This document shows positions 59,522 through 64,000 of a stretch of 64,000 nucleotides of DNA, piece by piece; within the stretch, counting starts at the first letter, position 1, and every line of letters begins with the position of its first letter. Below the pieces are notes generated by a model. That model was not told the origin of the DNA. It saw nothing but the letters and a program-made list of their open reading frames with translations, and ran no database searches. Source of the stretch: a bacterium (GTDB taxonomy: Bacteria; Zhuqueibacterota; Zhuqueibacteria; Residuimicrobiales; Krinioviventaceae); NCBI GenBank assembly GCA_963674595.2, contig CAXXFV010000027.1:320001-384000 (forward strand). The letters run 5' to 3'. A program made the translations under genes and the position numbers.

Positions 59522-61651
59522 TCATTTAAAAACAAGATGGACAGATTGTTTTACGGGCATCTCGACCCCTTTATAATTTTTATAATTGATATTTGTAAAT
59601 TCATCCATATCGTTATTATCCGGTCCGTAAAAATTCTTACTTGATAATTCCGGCAACATAACGACAATTTTTCCATCCGGCAATGTTCCTTTAAATTTTA
59701 TATCTATTAGTAATTTTTCAGATGATTTACAATCGATATTTAAAGAAAGACGTGTTTTTTCAAAAGGTAAAAATAAATTTTGTATTGAAATCTCATGCCC
59801 CATACATTCTTTGGGAATATGAGGAAAAATAATCAATCGTTTTTCAAACCGGTTATATCTAATTCCAAATATATTTTCAATAATAGCCTGAATATATTGT
59901 GAGGCTGTCCAGCCATAACGTGCAACACCCTCACCTGAACCGGTACCTGGCACAACGTATTCGCTAAAATTGTTGTTAAACATTTTTATCGTCGCCCATG
60001 CCAGTTCGGATGCCAAATTATGTTTGCCTGCATCTTCAAGTCCGTTGATAATAAGCATATTTCTCAAAGTCCAAACATCACCGAACCACGCCGTACCATC
60101 ATAAATCCCTGTGGCTTCAACAAACTCTGGTTCTGTTAAAGCGATACTTGTAACCGGATGTATTCCCCAGTTAAAAATTTCAGGATTTACCAGTAAAGAA
60201 ACGAGTTTATCAATTCGTTCTAAAGGTGCAATATTATACCGGAGGGGATCAAATGTTGTACAAATCAATCGGGGCTTTTTCACTTTATTATGTGTATCAT
60301 AATTATAATAGGCATTTGTTTTATCGCACCATAAATATTTATTAATAGCCTGGCAAAGTTGTTCGAACAATTGATTATAAAATTGAGAATCATCTTCATA
60401 GTCAAGATAGCGGGCCAATTTACACGTATTATAACAACCGATGGCAACAGCTACATTCAAATCAATTGGCGCCAATGTTCCGGGGATTGCCTTTTTATCA
60501 CCAAAACTTTTGTCACTAAAACTCTCTTCAAAAACAGCAGTAATCAGACCGGTCCCGGCATCTCTCTTTAATGGAGAAAACCAATAGCCGAGATATTTTT
60601 TCATCATATCAAAAATCAACTCTTGTAGTTGTTTATCATCCGTTCTAACTGCAACATCAAAAGCTGCTTCAAAAAACCGGGGAAGACTGCTGACGTTAGC
60701 CGGCATCCCCCGAACGGCGGAACCGCCCCACAAGTCAATACGGCCATCAGGATTTTGAGACTGAACACCGGCAAATCCCCGCATCATGTTCTCAACAAAT
60801 TTTTGATTAACCCATTTTGCCCCTGCAATGTTTAAACTGGCATCGAGCTGCCACCAGGATTGCCCGTATCTGCCGCCCGGTGCTAAAAACGGATAATTAA
60901 AACCTTTCATAGGAACATCGGTGACAAGACACTCATCGAGAATTTTAAAAGCATCCTGAAAGTGCTCCTGACTAATACCCGGCAGTTTTATTTCAGGTAC
61001 AACCTTGTCACTGCACAAATCAGGACGGGCAGGTGTTTTTGCCGGTTGACCATTAACAATTTTAATCCAGTCAATCCATATATCCCCCCTCATGCCCATT
61101 TGTACCGGTCGGATGCAAATTTGATCGATAATGCCCTGCCATGTACTGTCGATATAACAGACAACCTCCTGCCATTCCGGGCAGTCCGGCCTCATTGTAA
61201 ATCGTGCTGAACCGGCATCTTTATCCTGGTTTTCTTTTGTTCGCCAGTAAATATAGCCATCTGTCTCAGGTGATAAATTCCTGATTTTCATACGGACTTG
61301 ATTAAATTCAGGCACCGATATATCAAGTCCGGATGGAGATATGATATCGTACCTGGGTTTTACTCCCCAAATCTGGTAGGCCCATGAAGAAGGATCAAAC
61401 TTGTTTGTATCCGGCGCAACAGAAATCCAGATGGAACCGCCAATAATCCCGCTTTTATTTCCAGTCGGCAATTGCCAGCCCTGACTGTCATTCCATTTAT
61501 TAAAGTCCCAAAACAGGTCGGATGATTCTGTTTTTAATTTAGGCAGATTTTTCCTGACATCTTTATCTTGCCCGGGCGTTTGACCATAAACAGAACATAT
61601 AATTGAAACATTTGTAAAAAGTAAAAATATTATAAATCTAAAAAATAGCAT
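59522..61651 (-). CDS. Secreted MGH1/GH63/trehalase-like (alpha/alpha)6 glycosidase with N-terminal CBM-like module
   Basis: WDFN...GWQ module; APGGRYG.SWWQLD, APIDLN, YLWCD...YYNYD, WFGDVW, YGWTAS. Confidence 0.72.
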   Translation of the reverse strand: MLFFRFIIFLLFTNVSIICSVYGQTPGQDKDVRKNLPKLKTESSDLFWDFNKWNDSQGWQLPTGNKSGIIGGSIWISVAPDTNKFDPSSWAYQIWGVKPRYDIISPSGLDISVPEFNQVRMKIRNLSPETDGYIYWRTKENQDKDAGSARFTMRPDCPEWQEVVCYIDSTWQGIIDQICIRPVQMGMRGDIWIDWIKIVNGQPAKTPARPDLCSDKVVPEIKLPGISQEHFQDAFKILDECLVTDVPMKGFNYPFLAPGGRYGQSWWQLDASLNIAGAKWVNQKFVENMMRGFAGVQSQNPDGRIDLWGGSAVRGMPANVSSLPRFFEAAFDVAVRTDDKQLQELIFDMMKKYLGYWFSPLKRDAGTGLITAVFEESFSDKSFGDKKAIPGTLAPIDLNVAVAIGCYNTCKLARYLDYEDDSQFYNQLFEQLCQAINKYLWCDKTNAYYNYDTHNKVKKPRLICTTFDPLRYNIAPLERIDKLVSLLVNPEIFNWGIHPVTSIALTEPEFVEATGIYDGTAWFGDVWTLRNMLIINGLEDAGKHNLASELAWATIKMFNNNFSEYVVPGTGSGEGVARYGWTASQYIQAIIENIFGIRYNRFEKRLIIFPHIPKECMGHEISIQNLFLPFEKTRLSLNIDCKSSEKLLIDIKFKGTLPDGKIVVMLPELSSKNFYGPDNNDMDEFTNINYKNYKGVEMPVKQSVHLVFK

Positions 61652-61685
61652 TATTAAAATCTTGAGTGGTAATAAATTAAAAATG

Positions 61686-62990
61686 TTATTCGCTAACGTT
61701 GCCTATTATTTGTACATCACCTTTTGTTTTATTTTCAACATGTAAACTTCCGCCTTCAACGCTGTTACCCATTATTACAGCCGAACGAACATTTTCATCC
61801 AGATAAATATGGGCGTTTGGCGTGTTGCCGTTATCCTGAAACCGGCAATTCATCATTTGAAGGGTACCGTTTTTCATTTCAATAAACGGTATTTCAGGTT
61901 TCCAATGACACTCTATCCAATTTTTTGCGTTAAAATTACATGCCGTCAGGTAAACAGTACCTTTGCCTTTATTGACAAGATGGGTCCCGCCAAGTGTTTC
62001 AGCCCATCCCCAAAAACCGCAATTGGTTAATTTTATGGGGCCCTGGTTTTCCTCTTCTATCAATATACCATCCATAAACTGACAATTTGAAAAGGCAACA
62101 CCGGCATGATATTGCGTTTTTTCAACCAGAACGGCTAAAGGCCCGACATCTGAACCACTTTGAGTGATTAAAATATTAGCCTGAGGATCGTTTCCAACAG
62201 GGTCGCCCTGGGTTTCTATAAAACGAAATCCTACCTTGGCCCAGATAACGAAACAGTTGACCATATACTCCCAATCGCAACGACCAATTATAAATCCTTC
62301 AAGATTTTCAACTGTATATTTGTTAATAATTTCTATTTCTTCTCGCATTTGTTTCGGATAGTGAATGCCCCACCAGTTTACACTGTGAATGTGAACATTC
62401 TCTATTCTGCCGATATCGGTGGTGCGGTCAACATAAATTCCTCTTCGCAGTGCACAAATATTGATATCACGTAAATTATGTGCTCCCTGATAAACAGAGC
62501 CACAGTCAATACCGTTATATGCATTTGCAATTGTAATATCAATAACGTTGCTTCGATAACCCAAAATTTGAATGCAATAAGGGTAAGGATGAATATCGCG
62601 GGGAGTTTGTTCGGGATAAACAATACCCAGACCTTTTAATGTGCTGCTTTCTTCAAGTTGAATAAAGGGTGCAGAATCTTCCTGATCACGTCCGGCAAAG
62701 GGCATTAATACCGTCCCTTTATCATAATATAAATTACTCGGACCTACGGCCGTTCCCTGTAATGTTACGGTACGGGGAATTTTAATAACACCATCGAACC
62801 GGAATTTACCGGCAGGCACATGAACAATACCTCCGGTTTCTCCGGCTTTGTTCAGGGCCTCTTGAAAAGCTTTTGTGTTATCTGTAATACTATCACCAAC
62901 CGCACCAAACTCCATTACATCAAAATCAGAAATTCCGGCAAAAACAAATCCGGTACAAAGCAAAAGACACAACAAAATATTTCGAAGCAC
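61686..62990 (-). CDS. Secreted parallel beta-helix protein, copy 2
   Basis: DVMEFGAVGDSITDNTKAFQ...VHVPAGKF; GTG start with GGAGG SD; C-terminal half nearly identical to 13572..14864. Confidence 0.8.
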   Translation of the reverse strand: MLRNILLCLLLCTGFVFAGISDFDVMEFGAVGDSITDNTKAFQEALNKAGETGGIVHVPAGKFRFDGVIKIPRTVTLQGTAVGPSNLYYDKGTVLMPFAGRDQEDSAPFIQLEESSTLKGLGIVYPEQTPRDIHPYPYCIQILGYRSNVIDITIANAYNGIDCGSVYQGAHNLRDINICALRRGIYVDRTTDIGRIENVHIHSVNWWGIHYPKQMREEIEIINKYTVENLEGFIIGRCDWEYMVNCFVIWAKVGFRFIETQGDPVGNDPQANILITQSGSDVGPLAVLVEKTQYHAGVAFSNCQFMDGILIEEENQGPIKLTNCGFWGWAETLGGTHLVNKGKGTVYLTACNFNAKNWIECHWKPEIPFIEMKNGTLQMMNCRFQDNGNTPNAHIYLDENVRSAVIMGNSVEGGSLHVENKTKGDVQIIGNVSE

Positions 62991-63032
62991 AAAACCTCCA
63001 CCATTACAAAAATATCAGCCTGAATTTAAAAG

Positions 63033-63091
63033 GTCATTGTAAAAATATCAATTTTTCATAGCAGAAAAATAATTACAATTTCTACAATGAC
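63033..63091 (-). terminator. Long intergenic stem-loop after the oxidoreductase gene
   Basis: GTCATTGTAAAAAT / ATTTCTACAATGAC (13 of 14) enclosing an inner ATTTTTC/GAAAAAT stem; short U-tract on the minus strand. Confidence 0.5.
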
Positions 63092-63124
63092 TTGCCTTAA
63101 AATAATGAATAAATCAAAAATCAA

Positions 63125-64000
63125 CTAGACATGAAGCCAGGGTTGTGCTTTAGAATTAGGCATGGGTAATTCATGATCTGGTTGCGGCATAGGCGGGTAA
63201 TCCGGTGCTTCCAGATTTGTGACCAAATCGGAAATTCGTACCGGCATCCCTGTGGCTATTGAATGATTGGCCGCAACACCACATAATATGGAATAAGCGC
63301 CGCCACGATGATCTGCCGCCCGTAAATATTTATCCGGTTCAGTGTCCGGCTGAAAAATATCCTTCAACATTACAGGATCAGCACCGCCATGACCACCTTC
63401 TCCTCCCCATATATCCACCTCATAAGCCGGGGCAAAATGGGGAAATACCCGTGTCCAGGTCCCTTCTTTTTTTAATGATCCGGGTACGGTCCCGTCACCA
63501 CTAATGTATACCTGTTCTTCACATTTGTGTTCAATGCGGCCTTTGGTACCATTAAAGGTAACAACATACCCTTCCCAGGGCATAAAAGCATTTAGCGAAT
63601 AGGTCAATTGTGCACCACTCTGATAATCGATTATCACTGACATGGTGTCTTCTATATCCATATCCGGACTGAATACACATTTGTCCCGGAGATAACCATC
63701 ATACTTTTCATTTTTCAAATATAAACGGTTCAGGTTTTTTATGGATTCAATGTCCAGACAAAAGTTACATCGCTTCTTCTCAGGACAGGTATAACACCTT
63801 GTATCCCGTTTCAACAATCCATATCGGTCTGCTGTTTTGGGCGTGTAAAACACTCTTTGACCGCGTGCAAAAACTGATTTGGGAACCGTGGACAACCACC
63901 AGTTCACCAAATCAAAATGATGGGTTGACTTGTGAACCATCAGTCCACCTGAATTCTCTTTCTTTCGATGCCAGCGGCGAAAATAGTCAGCGCCGTGTTC
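63125..64000 (-). CDS. Gfo/Idh/MocA family oxidoreductase (YteT-like), 5' end outside window
   Basis: Frame open to the window edge: HGADYFRRWHR...SGGLMVHKSTHHFDLVNWW, DIEDTM, PWEGY, GHGGAD. Confidence 0.88.
   Translation of the reverse strand, partial: EHGADYFRRWHRKKENSGGLMVHKSTHHFDLVNWWLSTVPKSVFARGQRVFYTPKTADRYGLLKRDTRCYTCPEKKRCNFCLDIESIKNLNRLYLKNEKYDGYLRDKCVFSPDMDIEDTMSVIIDYQSGAQLTYSLNAFMPWEGYVVTFNGTKGRIEHKCEEQVYISGDGTVPGSLKKEGTWTRVFPHFAPAYEVDIWGGEGGHGGADPVMLKDIFQPDTEPDKYLRAADHRGGAYSILCGVAANHSIATGMPVRISDLVTNLEAPDYPPMPQPDHELPMPNSKAQPWLHV

Noticed and set aside
13572-62990. Duplicated beta-helix genes as direct repeats bounding a mobile island
   Set aside because: Many synonymous differences indicate old paralogy; no integrase, transposase, tRNA or att site seen, and the cluster extends past both copies
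458-63504. Many short plus-strand and nested minus-strand ORFs (60-146 aa) in the ORF track
   Set aside because: Almost all overlap long, motif-bearing minus-strand genes and show no recognisable domains; treated as shadow ORFs

Overview
AT-rich bacterial DNA carrying 37 genes, all on the minus strand. Secreted proteins end in a 'QNYPNPFNP...' T9SS type-A-like sorting domain, starts have clear GGAG Shine-Dalgarno sites, and there is no SusC/SusD. This suggests a non-Bacteroidia FCB-related lineage such as KSB1 or Calditrichota (inference). The left 12 kb is mixed: a CsgG-like/DUF5683 gene split by a homopolymer frameshift followed by two PKD-FISUMP lipoproteins, a QueG-like Fe-S protein, a frameshifted GH3, a GH16, a solitary very AT-rich SIR2-like gene and a 10-repeat FG-GAP secreted protein. 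From 12.4 kb to the right edge is a >51-kb, 29-gene glycan-degradation cluster. It encodes GH92, GH38, GH36, GH31 and GH28, six hard-to-classify (alpha/alpha)6 glycosidase-like proteins, three beta-propellers and a duplicated beta-helix protein. It also encodes three T9SS-type secreted proteins, DUF5107-TPR, a glycerophosphodiesterase, a metallophosphoesterase, a GlpT-like MFS, an SSS symporter, an orphan RbsC-like permease, a URO-D/MtaA-like protein and a Gfo/Idh/MocA oxidoreductase. I found no rRNA, tRNA, CRISPR array, transposase or reverse transcriptase. All family calls come from motifs read by eye; no database search was run.
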